IMG/VR virus record: IMGVR_UViG_3300020036_002473
Span: 15,364 to 79,363 of that record
DNA length: 64,000 nucleotides
DNA from: a virus
Lineage: Duplodnaviria; Caudoviricetes
Direction: 5' to 3' (one strand)
This document shows positions 47,853 through 58,302 of this stretch, one piece after another. A program made the translations under genes and the position numbers. Below the pieces are notes generated by a model that was not told where the DNA came from, made no database searches, and worked only from the letters and a program-made list of their open reading frames with translations. The first letter of the stretch is position 1. Each line of letters opens with the position of its first letter.

Positions 47853-48353
47853 ATGAGCACTAAAAGTATGATTGAAATGATTCCATATTTCTACGAAGAT
47901 GTTTATACATTCAATGAAATTGCAGGAGTGTTTGAAAGCTCAGACAGCCCTCGTAAGCAAATTGAACGTGCTGTGAAGATTTTCAAAGAGGAATGTAACG
48001 AGACAATTGATGCTGCAAAAGACCTTGATAGTGTAGAATTATTGGATGGTGTTTGTGATGTGTTTGTGACACTATCCGGCTTGATGCAGACAATGAATCG
48101 TTTAGGTTTTAACATCGAGGAAGCTTTACGGCGTGGTTGTGAGAACAACTTGGAGAAGTTCCCAAGTGATGAGATTCTTTTTTCTTCTCGTGTACCTTGG
48201 GAAGCAATGCAACCTAATGGAACAACACACACGCATAACAAATATTACGATGTGCATGTATTCAAAGATAAGAACAGTAAAGTGAAGAAGCCTGTTGGCT
48301 TTAAGCCTGTAGACTTGCATGATTTAGTACCAGACAATATTTGGGAAGATTAA
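47853..48353 (+). CDS. MazG-like NTP pyrophosphohydrolase
   Basis: EECNE...ELLDGVCDVFV...KVKKP. Confidence 0.75.
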   Translation: MSTKSMIEMIPYFYEDVYTFNEIAGVFESSDSPRKQIERAVKIFKEECNETIDAAKDLDSVELLDGVCDVFVTLSGLMQTMNRLGFNIEEALRRGCENNLEKFPSDEILFSSRVPWEAMQPNGTTHTHNKYYDVHVFKDKNSKVKKPVGFKPVDLHDLVPDNIWED

Positions 48354-48373
48354 TAAGAAACAAAGGAGATGTT

Positions 48374-48886
48374 ATGGCAAAGGCAGTAGGAGCACGAGAT
48401 GTATTACACGGCCTTATGGGGATGGGGCAATGGCCTCAGAAGGCTAAGACAATTGGTGATGAGCTTATGCTTATTGACAAAAATAAAGAAGAATTGATTA
48501 AGCCTTATTTGTTTGCTTTAGGGATTGATGTACGATTTCCTGTTAAAGTGGATGTTGTCAAGTATCGTGACCTAAACAATCACGTAGATATTGGGTACAG
48601 GTTTATTGGAGACATACGCAAAGACAAGGCTTATATCACAAGCCCTTTGTGTGACATTATGGAGCGTATCTCTATTGCAAGCTGGAAGGATGTCTCTCTA
48701 GGTAAAGAGATGGCTACAATTCAAGGAATGCGTGTTAATTTTGATGAAGGCTCTGATTGGGTGGCTACAGGAGAGAAAGAGGATGATGTTGTGCCAACAT
48801 ATCAAGCAGACTTAGCTGTTATTCGTAGCTTGCAAGAAGCTGCTCGTAGCATTCGTGGTGGGGAGGAGGGGCAGAGTGAATACTGA
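48374..48886 (+). CDS. Hypothetical protein
   Basis: AAGGAG RBS. Confidence 0.65.
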   Translation: MAKAVGARDVLHGLMGMGQWPQKAKTIGDELMLIDKNKEELIKPYLFALGIDVRFPVKVDVVKYRDLNNHVDIGYRFIGDIRKDKAYITSPLCDIMERISIASWKDVSLGKEMATIQGMRVNFDEGSDWVATGEKEDDVVPTYQADLAVIRSLQEAARSIRGGEEGQSEY

Positions 48887-49901
48887 TAAATCAATCCTTG
48901 TGAATTCTGATAAACAAGTTGTCAGCCAAGCCAACATTAAAACTTGGAAGGATGGTTATGTAGATGAATATCCTGAGTTTAGCAAGATTGCAGATGAACA
49001 GATTAAAATCTTCTGGCCTTGGAATGAAATCAATGTTGCTAAGGATAAGCAAGACCTGCTTGTTGGAGTTAATGAAGCTGAGCGACACGGTATTATCACT
49101 ACACTGAAGTTGTTCACAAAATATGAATTGTTTGTTGGGAATGAGCATTGGGGTAATAAGATTAGCAAGGCTTACCCTCATGTTGGTGTACAGCGTATGG
49201 CTGCTGCTTTTGCTCACGTAGAGCTTAATAGCCATGCACCATTTTACGATCAAATTAACAAAGAGCTTGGCTTGTCAAACTACAAGTTTTACACAGAGTA
49301 TTTGGAGGATAGTGTGTTATCTTCTCGTATGAGCTTTATCTCCTCACTACTCTCCCATGAGGATGATGAGATTTCTACAGCTGTGTTCTCTCTTGTAGAA
49401 GGCGCTGTCCTGTATTCTGCCTTTGCCTACTTGAAGCACTTCCAGAGTCAAGGTAAGAATAGTATGGCTACAATTTGTCGTGGCATTAATATGTCAGCTC
49501 GTGATGAACACTTGCACTCAATTGGTGGGGCTGGCCTTGTTAATATTGCTCTCAAAGAACAGGGACGAACAGAGGCTGAGTTGAAGTATTTCCGAGAGGT
49601 TGTGCTTGCAGCTGCTGAATTGATTTTTGAACATGAGTGTGCAATTATTGATAAGACATTTGAGAAAGGTAAACACGAAGGTGTTACTCCAGTAACAATG
49701 AAACACTTTGTAGAGAGCCGCATTAATACATGCTTGGAACAATTACACATTCCTAAAATGTATCAGGTTAAGTATAATCCAATTGCTGACTGGTTCTATC
49801 GGGGAATAAATAACTATCAGATGAACGATTTCTTTCAGGGTATTGGGCGGGAATATACAAGGGATTGGAAACCTGAAGGGTTTATATGGAAGAGACAATA
49901 G
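48876..49901 (+). CDS. nrdB: Ribonucleotide reductase class Ia beta subunit
   Basis: FWPWNEI, ELNSHAPFY, VEGAVLYSAF, RDEHLH, DFF. Confidence 0.92.
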   Translation: MNTDKSILVNSDKQVVSQANIKTWKDGYVDEYPEFSKIADEQIKIFWPWNEINVAKDKQDLLVGVNEAERHGIITTLKLFTKYELFVGNEHWGNKISKAYPHVGVQRMAAAFAHVELNSHAPFYDQINKELGLSNYKFYTEYLEDSVLSSRMSFISSLLSHEDDEISTAVFSLVEGAVLYSAFAYLKHFQSQGKNSMATICRGINMSARDEHLHSIGGAGLVNIALKEQGRTEAELKYFREVVLAAAELIFEHECAIIDKTFEKGKHEGVTPVTMKHFVESRINTCLEQLHIPKMYQVKYNPIADWFYRGINNYQMNDFFQGIGREYTRDWKPEGFIWKRQ

Positions 49902-50470
49902 TTCAAGACTTCAAAAATGTGGATGGCTCTTGGTCTAAAGGTTTTAGTGAGAACAATATCTTGTACAGAACTGTTGGATATAGGATTTGGAAGGGCATAA
50001 AAGCTAGGTGTAATAAACCTTGGAAAACAAAATTTAAAACATATATAGAGGCTGAGAATAAGTTTGAAAGTTTTAATAGGTTTATGGATTGGGTCACAAC
50101 ACAAAGTGGATATAATAAAGGGTGGCATCTTGATAAGGACTTACTGTTGAAAGGTAATAAGGCGTACAGCGAGACAACTTGTGTATTCCTACCACAACAA
50201 ATAAATAAGTTTTTGAGTGTTAAACCAAAACTTAAAAGCATTCTTCCAAATGGTGTCAGGGAGTTTAAAGGTAAGTTTAATGCCAGATGCTGTAACGCAG
50301 ATAGTGTTAGGATATTCCTAGGCGTATTTACAACACCAGAGGAAGCCTTTGGTGCATACAAGGGTTTTAAGGAGAGTGTGGCAAAGGCATTAGCCCTCAA
50401 GTGGAAGGATGAACTTGACGCCCGAGCTTACAATGCTTTAATTAATTACGAAGTATCTGAGGAGAATTAA
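49886..50470 (+). CDS. Free-standing HNH homing endonuclease with AP2-like tail
   Basis: WKGIKARC...WHLDKDLL...TCVFLP..IN...LGVFTTPEEAF. Confidence 0.8.
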   Translation: MEETIVQDFKNVDGSWSKGFSENNILYRTVGYRIWKGIKARCNKPWKTKFKTYIEAENKFESFNRFMDWVTTQSGYNKGWHLDKDLLLKGNKAYSETTCVFLPQQINKFLSVKPKLKSILPNGVREFKGKFNARCCNADSVRIFLGVFTTPEEAFGAYKGFKESVAKALALKWKDELDARAYNALINYEVSEEN

Positions 50471-51300
50471 TGGAGAATATCTACGAAAAGCTCAGCAAAG
50501 AGCGAAAAGAGTTACAAGAAAAAGGGCTTATGCAGCCTTGGTGGAGTACAGGGGCTTGGCAATTATTTAAATCTAAATATATGTACCAAGCATCTAATCC
50601 CAAAGAGCAATATACACGTATTGCTAAAACGCTTGCGCAGTACATTGAAGGCTACTACCCAGATTGGTGGGTGGATGAAATGGGCCAGATTAGTTGGGAG
50701 CAAGCCTTCTTCAATGAAATGTGGGAAGGACGTTTATCAGGGAGCAGCCCTGTAATTAGCAACACAGGGACAGACCGAGGACTGTCTGTAAGCTGCTCTG
50801 GTAATGTTATCCCAAATGATATTTATAGCATCTACGAAGCTAAGCAAGAAGTGGCTGTGTTGACAAAAAATGGATTTGGTACAGCTTCCTATCTTGGAGA
50901 TATTCAACCACGAGGGAGTGTTACAGCACATGGAGTTGTGTGCTCTGGTGTTGTTCCAATTATTCAGGGCTTTGTTAAGGACATGGAATATGTGGCTCAA
51001 GGAAGTAACCGTCGAGGTGCTTGGGCTGCATACCTTCCAATTGACCACGGAGACTTTGAAGAGCTTTCAGCGTATTTGAAAGAAGCCCCAGATGGCCTTA
51101 ATATTGGTTGGAACATACATGATAGTTTTGTGGAGAAGATGGATAGTGGCGACAGCCGCTATGGAAACATTTGGCAGACAGCTCTCACTACTAAAATGAC
51201 AACAGGGAAAGGGTATTTCTGCTTTCCTGATAAGATTAACCGGCATCGTCCACAAATGTATAAAGACTTAGGGCTGTTCTTTGTTTCAGCCCAATTGTGT
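50470..51300 (+). CDS. nrdA: Ribonucleotide reductase alpha subunit, exon 1
   Basis: SPVISN, VSCS, QGSNRRGA; ends at AQLC. Confidence 0.9.
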
Positions 51301-51546
51301 TAATTGATAGCACCCTTGCGTAGTAATACGCATTGCAAACTCTTTGAATTCAGGGAAACTCTCTAGTAGACAATCCTGAGCGAAGCCTAGTAGTAGGAAC
51401 GTGCAAAGACTATCCTGAAGAGGAGTAGCCTCAAGTGAGGCGAAGCGGAGAGCACCCTAATGGGGTGATGATATAGTCTGGTCTATGTGGCGACATATAG
51501 CAGCCGAAAGGCGGGGTAGAATTAACGACTCTACTTGAACACAACG
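51301..51546 (+). ncRNA. Group I intron in nrdA, no ORF, 246 nt
   Basis: P1 GUGU/GCAC with U-G at splice site, P7 GACUA/UAGUC, terminal G; splicing restores AQLCNEI. Confidence 0.92.
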
Positions 51547-52437
51547 AATGAGATACATTTACATTCCAGTGACGATTTGACATACACTTGTGTTTTGTCA
51601 AGTACAAACTTAGTTCATTGGGATAAGATTAAAGACGATAAGAGTGTGTTCATTCACACTGTATTCCTAGATTGTGTGGCTGAAGATTTTATTCGCAAAG
51701 CAAAAGGAAAGCGTGGCTTAGAGAAGGCTGTTAAGTTTACAGAACTAGGTAGACCACTTGGCTTAGGTGTTTTGGCCTTCCACACATATTTGCAAATGAA
51801 GCGGATTCCTTTTGAGAGCTTTGAAGCACATATGTGGAATAATGCCGTGTTCTCGCATTTACAGCAACAAAGCTTAGAGGCTTCTCAATGGCTTGCTGGT
51901 GTACTTGGAGAGCCTGAGTGGTGTAAAGGGTATGGTGTTCGTAACACACATCGTACAGCCATTGCTCCAACCAAATCTAGTGCATTGCTTATGGCGGGTG
52001 TTTCAGAGGGTATTAACCCTGACACAGCTATGACTTTCTTACAGCTAACTCCAGCTGGTGAAATGGACAGAGCTAATCCTATCCTGCTAGAGTTAATGAA
52101 AGAGAAAGGAGTGTACGACAAGAAACACATGCAAGAGCTTACAGACGCTCAAGGAAGTGTGCAAGGAGTTGATTGGCTAACACCAGAAGAGAAGGAAGTG
52201 TTTAAGACAGCTTTTGAGATTAACCAAGAAGCAATTCTTCGTATGGCTGCTGCTAGACAGAAGAAGCTGTGTCAAGGACAATCCCTTAACTTATTCTTCT
52301 CTGCTGACGAGGATGAAGCATATATTGCTGATATTCATGAGAAGGCTGTACGAGATGAACACATCTTTGGATTGTACTATTGCTATAGCAAAGCTGGTGT
52401 AATGGCAAGTAAAGGGGAGTGTGTAGCTTGTCAATAG
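51547..52437 (+). CDS. nrdA: Ribonucleotide reductase alpha subunit, exon 2
   Basis: CVLSSTNL, RPLGLG, AIAPTKSS, QGQSLNLF, LYY, ECVACQ; spliced product 573 aa. Confidence 0.9.
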   Translation, partial: NEIHLHSSDDLTYTCVLSSTNLVHWDKIKDDKSVFIHTVFLDCVAEDFIRKAKGKRGLEKAVKFTELGRPLGLGVLAFHTYLQMKRIPFESFEAHMWNNAVFSHLQQQSLEASQWLAGVLGEPEWCKGYGVRNTHRTAIAPTKSSALLMAGVSEGINPDTAMTFLQLTPAGEMDRANPILLELMKEKGVYDKKHMQELTDAQGSVQGVDWLTPEEKEVFKTAFEINQEAILRMAAARQKKLCQGQSLNLFFSADEDEAYIADIHEKAVRDEHIFGLYYCYSKAGVMASKGECVACQ

Positions 52438-52550
52438 GGGTGTAGAATCCTCATCCTCGTAAGGAAAAGCCTCTGTAAGCAACATTTACAAGCTTTTTCC
52501 TTACGCTTGTGAGGAATAGGCTAAGCCAATTGCCTTACGGCTACAACATG

Positions 52551-52609
52551 TGTAACATATGTCTTGCTCTGTAACACCATCCCTGTTACAATGCACTTAT
52601 CGTGTTACA
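52551..52609. promoter_or_regulatory. Symmetric array of four TGTAACA/TGTTACA boxes
   Basis: Boxes at 52551, 52570 (direct) and 52584, 52603 (inverted); spacing 19-14-19. Confidence 0.55.
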
Positions 52610-52624
52610 AACAAGGAGAAAACA

Positions 52625-52894
52625 ATGTTTAAATGGCTTCATAATTTATTTTGCTGTGAATGCAAAGGCAAGCAATACAGTTATGCTTCAGCTCCAGCCC
52701 CTTCGCCATCTGGCCTTAAGATAGGCAGTGTGTGGTGCCCTAAGATTTATTATCAAAATCCTTTTCAGAGGGCTAAATTCTATGTCAAGGTGAAAGAGGT
52801 TAGAGAGGGGTGGGTGCTAATTAGTATGCAGAATGGCGTCATGGATAGTTTTAAGGTTGAAGATTTTGAGTATAGTTTTGTTAAAGTGGAATAA
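52625..52894 (+). CDS. Hypothetical protein
   Basis: AAGGAG RBS. Confidence 0.6.
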   Translation: MFKWLHNLFCCECKGKQYSYASAPAPSPSGLKIGSVWCPKIYYQNPFQRAKFYVKVKEVREGWVLISMQNGVMDSFKVEDFEYSFVKVE

Positions 52895-52905
52895 GGGGAA
52901 CAAAA

Positions 52906-53091
52906 ATGCTAGGATGGCTCTATCGCGCATTAGTAGGAAGTTTCAGCAGCTGCAATCATAAGTGGAAGGTTATTCGTACAATCCAAGTAGCCAGAGCAAG
53001 CGATGATGATGAGCTACTAGGCTATCAATACACACAAGAATGTGAGCACTGTGGTAAACTTAAAAAGACCACTATTAGTTCATTAGGATGA
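52906..53091 (+). CDS. Small Cys/His protein
   Basis: CNHKW...CEHCG. Confidence 0.6.
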   Translation: MLGWLYRALVGSFSSCNHKWKVIRTIQVARASDDDELLGYQYTQECEHCGKLKKTTISSLG

Positions 53092-53100
53092 GGAGAACAA

Positions 53101-53436
53101 ATGAACATAGCAATTGACTATGATGATACATATACAAAAGACTGGATGCTGTGGGATGTACTTATTGAGAAGGCTTTTGTGCGAGGCCATGATGTTCACC
53201 TTGTAACATGGCGTGACGGGAATAATGAAGGTATGGTGTGCGAGGTTATCACCTCTTTAGGAAGAGATTTTCCACAAGAAAACATTCATTTCACCAACCT
53301 GAAAGCCAAGCGTAAATATATGGAAGATAAAGGCATTTACATTGACGTATGGATAGACGATAATCCTTATGCTATTCTTCACGATGGTGATGTATGTTAT
53401 ATGCAAAATAGGAAAATTGAAAAGGAGAAAGAATGA
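53101..53436 (+). CDS. HAD-superfamily phosphatase-like protein
   Basis: IDYDDT, VTWR, WIDDNP. Confidence 0.75.
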   Translation: MNIAIDYDDTYTKDWMLWDVLIEKAFVRGHDVHLVTWRDGNNEGMVCEVITSLGRDFPQENIHFTNLKAKRKYMEDKGIYIDVWIDDNPYAILHDGDVCYMQNRKIEKEKE

Positions 53437-54338
53437 ATGTATTGTCGTTATTTGATGGAATGTCTTGTGGCAGAATCGCATTAGATAAATGTGGGATTAC
53501 ACCGACACATTATTTTGCCAGTGAGATTGATAAACACGCAATCAAAGTATCAAAAGATAACTGGAGCGATATTACACATATTGGAGATGTTACTAAAATT
53601 AGCTTCTCAAATGGTGTGCTGACAACAGAGAATGGTGTGTTTAATATTGGTAAAATTGATTTAGTATTGGCTGGAAGCCCTTGCCAAGGATTTTCAATGG
53701 CTGGAAAGCAATTAGCTTTTGAAGATGAACGTAGTAAACTGTATTTTGTGTTTGAAAAGCTTCTAAACGATATTAAGCAAGAAAATCCAGATGTAAAGTT
53801 TTTGCTAGAGAATGTTAAGATGAAGAAAGAGCACAAAGACTTCATTAGCAGTCGTTTAGGCGTTGAACCTGTTGCAATCAATTCTAATCTAGTCTCTGCA
53901 CAAAACCGTTACCGATTGTACTGGACTAATATTGGAGATATTACACAACCTGAAGATAAGGGTATCTTACTTAAAGACATTTTGACAACTCAAGGCGAGT
54001 TCACCTATAAAAATCATCCAGCTATTAAAAATGGAGTTAGGTGTAAGAACTATGTTCAATGGGACATTCAAAATAAAAATAGAAAGTGCCAAAGCCAGCG
54101 CGCGTATTATGTAGATGGCAAAGCAGGTACACAAGACACAGTAGGTCAGTCTAAAGTATTACTCGCAGATGGTCAAATTAGGTTGCTAACAGCACTAGAG
54201 TGTGAACGACTGCAAACAGTTCCAGATTTATACACACTACTTGCGGGTGAATCACAAGCGAAACGTATGCTAGGAAACGGCTGGACAGTGGACGTTATTG
54301 CACACATCTTACAATCTTTGAAAGGAGAAAAATGTTAG
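53433..54338 (+). CDS. C5-cytosine DNA methyltransferase
   Basis: SLFDG, GSPCQGFS, LLENV, AQNRYRLYW, LGNGW. Confidence 0.92.
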   Translation: MNVLSLFDGMSCGRIALDKCGITPTHYFASEIDKHAIKVSKDNWSDITHIGDVTKISFSNGVLTTENGVFNIGKIDLVLAGSPCQGFSMAGKQLAFEDERSKLYFVFEKLLNDIKQENPDVKFLLENVKMKKEHKDFISSRLGVEPVAINSNLVSAQNRYRLYWTNIGDITQPEDKGILLKDILTTQGEFTYKNHPAIKNGVRCKNYVQWDIQNKNRKCQSQRAYYVDGKAGTQDTVGQSKVLLADGQIRLLTALECERLQTVPDLYTLLAGESQAKRMLGNGWTVDVIAHILQSLKGEKC

Positions 54339-56866
54339 TAATTAAACGAGATGGACGAAAAGTGGGCTTCGCCACAAAATACATTACAGACGCTATTCTA
54401 ATGGCTGCTGCTCGAACAGGGAACCCTATTCCCGACCTAGGGCATGTAATAGCAAACATTGAGAAGAAGCTAGAGGGCAAACAAGAAATTCACGTAGAAG
54501 CTATTCAAGACATTGTTGAGAAAGCTTTGATGAATAGCAAATATAAGGATGTAGCTAAGGAATATATCTCATACCGGAAAGAGCGTGACATTGCTCGTGA
54601 AGGAGGAAGTAAGCTGCTGAAGGATATTGAGGAGTTTATCAACCAAAGCTCGGATGAATTTCTAAAAGAGAATGCTAACAAGGAGGCTGGAGTTGTAAGC
54701 ACACATCGGGATTTGCTGGCAGGTATTCTTTCTAAGCATATTGCTATTACGCAATTGCTCCCGAAGGATGTTGCAGATGCACATTTACGAGGTGTTATAC
54801 ATTTTCACGATGCTGATTATTTTTTAAGCCCCCTCGGGAATTGTATTGACCAGTCAGGTTGGATTACAATTAAGGATAATAAAGGTAAAATTTCTACTGT
54901 CCAGATGAAAGACTTGGTAGAGATGTTTAATCTTGGTGAAGGAACTACTAAGATGCCTTTCGGTATTCGTGTGCTTAGCCGTAATGGTTGGTCTGCTGTT
55001 GAGGCTGTATCTATGCGCAAGCTTGGTACAGAAGAGCCAATCTATAAGATTAAAACTCGTACAGGTTTGTCTATTGATGTAACAGGAGAGCATAGAATTC
55101 CTGTAATGACAATGGGTGTTGAGGGTTTGAAGGAGGCTAAGGAAATCACCACAGAAGATTGCCTGCTTGGCATGGCAAGCTCGTTTGAGCAAGAAGGTGA
55201 TGGAATTATTAGTTTGCTGGACTATCTTGACGACCCAACACTGCATGTGACATCTTTAGTCAAACTTAAAAGGTTTGTGGAGTACAAATATGGGGAGTCC
55301 TTGCAAGGGTTGTTTAAGAAGTTCAATATCGAAGTAACAACAAATGCAAGTATGCTTAGGGTTAAAGTACATGAGCTTAAAGCCCTTTTAAAGCATATTG
55401 ATATTCCGTATGATGTTTACTCTTCTTTTGAGTTGACTAGACTTGGGGGTAATTACAGAACTCCAGCAATACTTCAGGTTAGTAATGAGTTGGCACGTAT
55501 GATTGGGTATGTTCTTGCGGACGGGTCTGTTAGTAAATCTAAAGTGTCTGGGTCATATCAGGTCACATTTAGCAACACCAATCAAGATTTAATTAAAGAC
55601 TATATTCACTGCGTCAATAAGGTATTCCCTTCTGTCAATGTCTATATTCAACCTCCGTCTGAAAAGAATACGACACCATGCACCAGTGTAAAGTTGTCAA
55701 GTGCAACTATTACGGACTTATTCAGCAAATTTAAGAGGGGGTCTGGGGATATTTGCTTACCGGATTTTATATTAAATGGTGATGAGGAGGTTAAGTATAA
55801 CTTCTTAGCGGCTGCGTGGGATTGCGATGGCTGCTGGTCTTCTACAGGTCAGATGAGCTACACAACAGTGTGTAAAAAGTACGCTGAGCAAGTTACCTTA
55901 ATGCTAGAATCTTTAGGCTTCTCTCCGTCACTAAGAGAAAGCGCATCCAAGGGTACTAAATATAGTGCTAAAGGTGTTGAGGGATTTAGAAACTATGACA
56001 CATATAGTGTGTGCATGAGCAGTGTTAAAGACCTTGTTAAATTTAAAGACTCTGTTAGTTCTTGGAAAGGGGACAGATATACAAATATTGACCGTAAAGG
56101 TGCTGTTCATAATCCAGACCGTGTAGTGAAGATCACTAAGGAATACCACAACTACCGGCTTGTATTTGACTTGCAAACATCAGACCACTGGTTTATTGTT
56201 AATAACTTTGTTGTTCACAATTGTAGTTTGGTGCGATATGAGGATATGCTTGAGCATGGCTTCAAGATTGGAGATGCTCAGATTAGCAAGCCTAAGAGTA
56301 TTGGTGTTGCTACAACAATTCTCACACAGATTGCACAAGCTGTAAGCTCTAGTCAATATGGTGGTCAATCACATGCTCACATTGATAAAGGGCTTGCTCA
56401 GTATGTTAAGGCTAGCGAGGATAAGTTGAAAGTGGAAGCTTTCAAGTGGGTTGATGAGAACATGCTTAGCGAGTATGTGAAAGAGAAGCTTGAAAAAGAA
56501 GTATATGATGCTATGCAATCCCTGCTTTATCAGATTAACACCCTGACAACAAGTAATGGACAAAGCCCTTTCATTACAATCTCTCTCGGCCTTGATACAT
56601 CTTATTATGGACGTATGATAACGGAGCAATACTTAAAGGTACATCTGGAAGGTATTGGAGAGAATAAGGCTACTCCAGTGTTTCCGAAGGTGGTGTTCTT
56701 CTTGGAAGACGGAGTCAATCTAAAAGAGGGTGATGCTAATTATGATTTGAAGAAGCTTGCTATTCAATGCTCTACAAAGCGTATTTACCCTGACTATATC
56801 TCTGTGCCTAAGAACAGGGAGATTACAGGGGTATCAGAGCAAGCTCTTCCGGTAACACCGATGGGT
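54332..56866 (+). CDS. nrdD: Anaerobic ribonucleotide reductase, exon 1 (contains intein)
   Basis: ATP cone VIKRDG, HFHD, QYGGQS, NGQSPF, FPKVVF, YPDY; ends PMG. Confidence 0.92.
54842..56221 (+). mobile_element. Intein with LAGLIDADG endonuclease, 460 aa
   Basis: Starts CIDQ, ends VVHN before Cys; IGYVLADG and FLAAAWDCDG motifs. Confidence 0.93.
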
Positions 56867-57160
56867 GGACGTATTACAGCCTAACGTCTGTATTCTCTAC
56901 ATGCCCATTTAAAACTCATTGAACTCAGGGGAAGTCTAGAACAGATAATCCTGATCTAAGCCTAGTAATAGGAAAGAGCAACGACCACTTCTGTATGAAG
57001 GTAGGCTGTAAGCACAGCCGAAGCGGTGAGCACCATCCCCTCTTAGGCGTATGTACTAGGAGACATGTTTGGTGATGATATGGTCTGGTCTGCATAGGGA
57101 TATGCAGCTGCTAAGAAGTTGTTAGCGGGGAATGTCTAGCGAACATTCTTGAACAATACG
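56867..57160 (+). ncRNA. Group I intron in nrdD, no ORF, 294 nt
   Basis: P1 AUGGGU/GCCCAU, P10 UCUACA/UGUAGA, P7 GACCA/UGGUC, terminal G; splicing restores PMGCRSFL. Confidence 0.92.
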
Positions 57161-58117
57161 TGTAGAAGTTTTTTATCACAACACATCAACACGCAAGGAG
57201 AAGAGCAAACAAATGGACGCTTCAACTTAGGTGTTGTTAGCCTTAACTTGCCCTACATTGCATATGAAGCTGGTAATGACTTTGTAGCCTTTACGTGCTT
57301 GCTAGACAAATATGCAGAGCTATGTTATACAGCTCATATGGCTCGTGTAGAACGGCTTAAAGGGACGAAGGCTAAGCAAAACCCTATCATGTGGATGCAG
57401 GGGGCTTGTGCTCGCTTAGAGGCTGAAGAAACAATTGACAAGCTGTTCTATAATGGCTATGCTTCAATTTCTCTTGGGTATGTAGGCTTGCATGAGTGTG
57501 TTGAAGCCCTAGAATTTACAGGAGACAAGAAGAAAACAGCAGAGTGGGTGCTAAAGAGACTCCAGCTTAATTGTGATAAGTTCTCTAAACGCTCTGGCTT
57601 AAGCTTCTCTGTGTATGGCACTCCATCTGAGAGCTTATGCTACAAAGCTGCTAAAGCAATTAAACGGGATTTTCCTGAAGCTGGTTTCGAGCGTGAATAT
57701 GTTACAAATTCGTTTCATGTACCTGTGTGGGAACAATGCCACCCAATGTATAAATGGGAATATGAGAAGGGCTTTGCTGAAATCTCTACAGGAGGGAACA
57801 TCTCTTATATTGAGACACCAAATCTTGCTAAGAATTTAGTTGCATATGAAGGGCTTTTAGATTATGCTTACTCTATTGGCCTCCATTACTTCGCTATTAA
57901 CACACCTGTTGATAGATGTTTTAAGTGTGGCTATGAAGGGGAGTTTACAGCAAGCTTAGATGGTTATGTATGCCCTAGCTGTGGAAACAAAGATGGGGAT
58001 AGTATTAGCGTGCTTCGACGGGTTAGTGGCTATATTAGTGCTCCTAATAGTAGACCATTTAATAAAGGGAAGCAATCTGAGGTGATAGAACGTGTTAAAC
58101 ATAGAGGAGAGAATTGA
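57161..58117 (+). CDS. nrdD: Anaerobic ribonucleotide reductase, exon 2
   Basis: GRFNLGVVSLNL, TPSESLC, TNSFH, GGNISY, CFKC..CPSC, RRVSGY; about 703 aa after both splicing steps. Confidence 0.92.
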   Translation, partial: CRSFLSQHINTQGEEQTNGRFNLGVVSLNLPYIAYEAGNDFVAFTCLLDKYAELCYTAHMARVERLKGTKAKQNPIMWMQGACARLEAEETIDKLFYNGYASISLGYVGLHECVEALEFTGDKKKTAEWVLKRLQLNCDKFSKRSGLSFSVYGTPSESLCYKAAKAIKRDFPEAGFEREYVTNSFHVPVWEQCHPMYKWEYEKGFAEISTGGNISYIETPNLAKNLVAYEGLLDYAYSIGLHYFAINTPVDRCFKCGYEGEFTASLDGYVCPSCGNKDGDSISVLRRVSGYISAPNSRPFNKGKQSEVIERVKHRGEN

Positions 58118-58302
58118 TGCTTAAAAACATTTACATTCGCTTCCTATTATTTTGGGAAGACGCAATGTTTAGTTTGACAGAAAGTTGGAAAGACGTTAGT
58201 CTGGCTGACGTATATTTAGACGCTGCTGAAGAGCTTCATGCTAACAGGAATGATGTGCCTAACGGCGACATACAACATGTGGATATAAAAGGAGAAAACT
58301 AA
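58114..58302 (+). CDS. Hypothetical protein
   Basis: GAGGAG RBS. Confidence 0.6.
   Translation: MMLKNIYIRFLLFWEDAMFSLTESWKDVSLADVYLDAAEELHANRNDVPNGDIQHVDIKGEN

Noticed and set aside
50470-58117. Stop-codon reassignment, frameshifts or pseudogenes in nrdA/nrdD
   Set aside because: Both breaks are fully explained by group I introns that restore conserved motifs; other genes are intact in code 11
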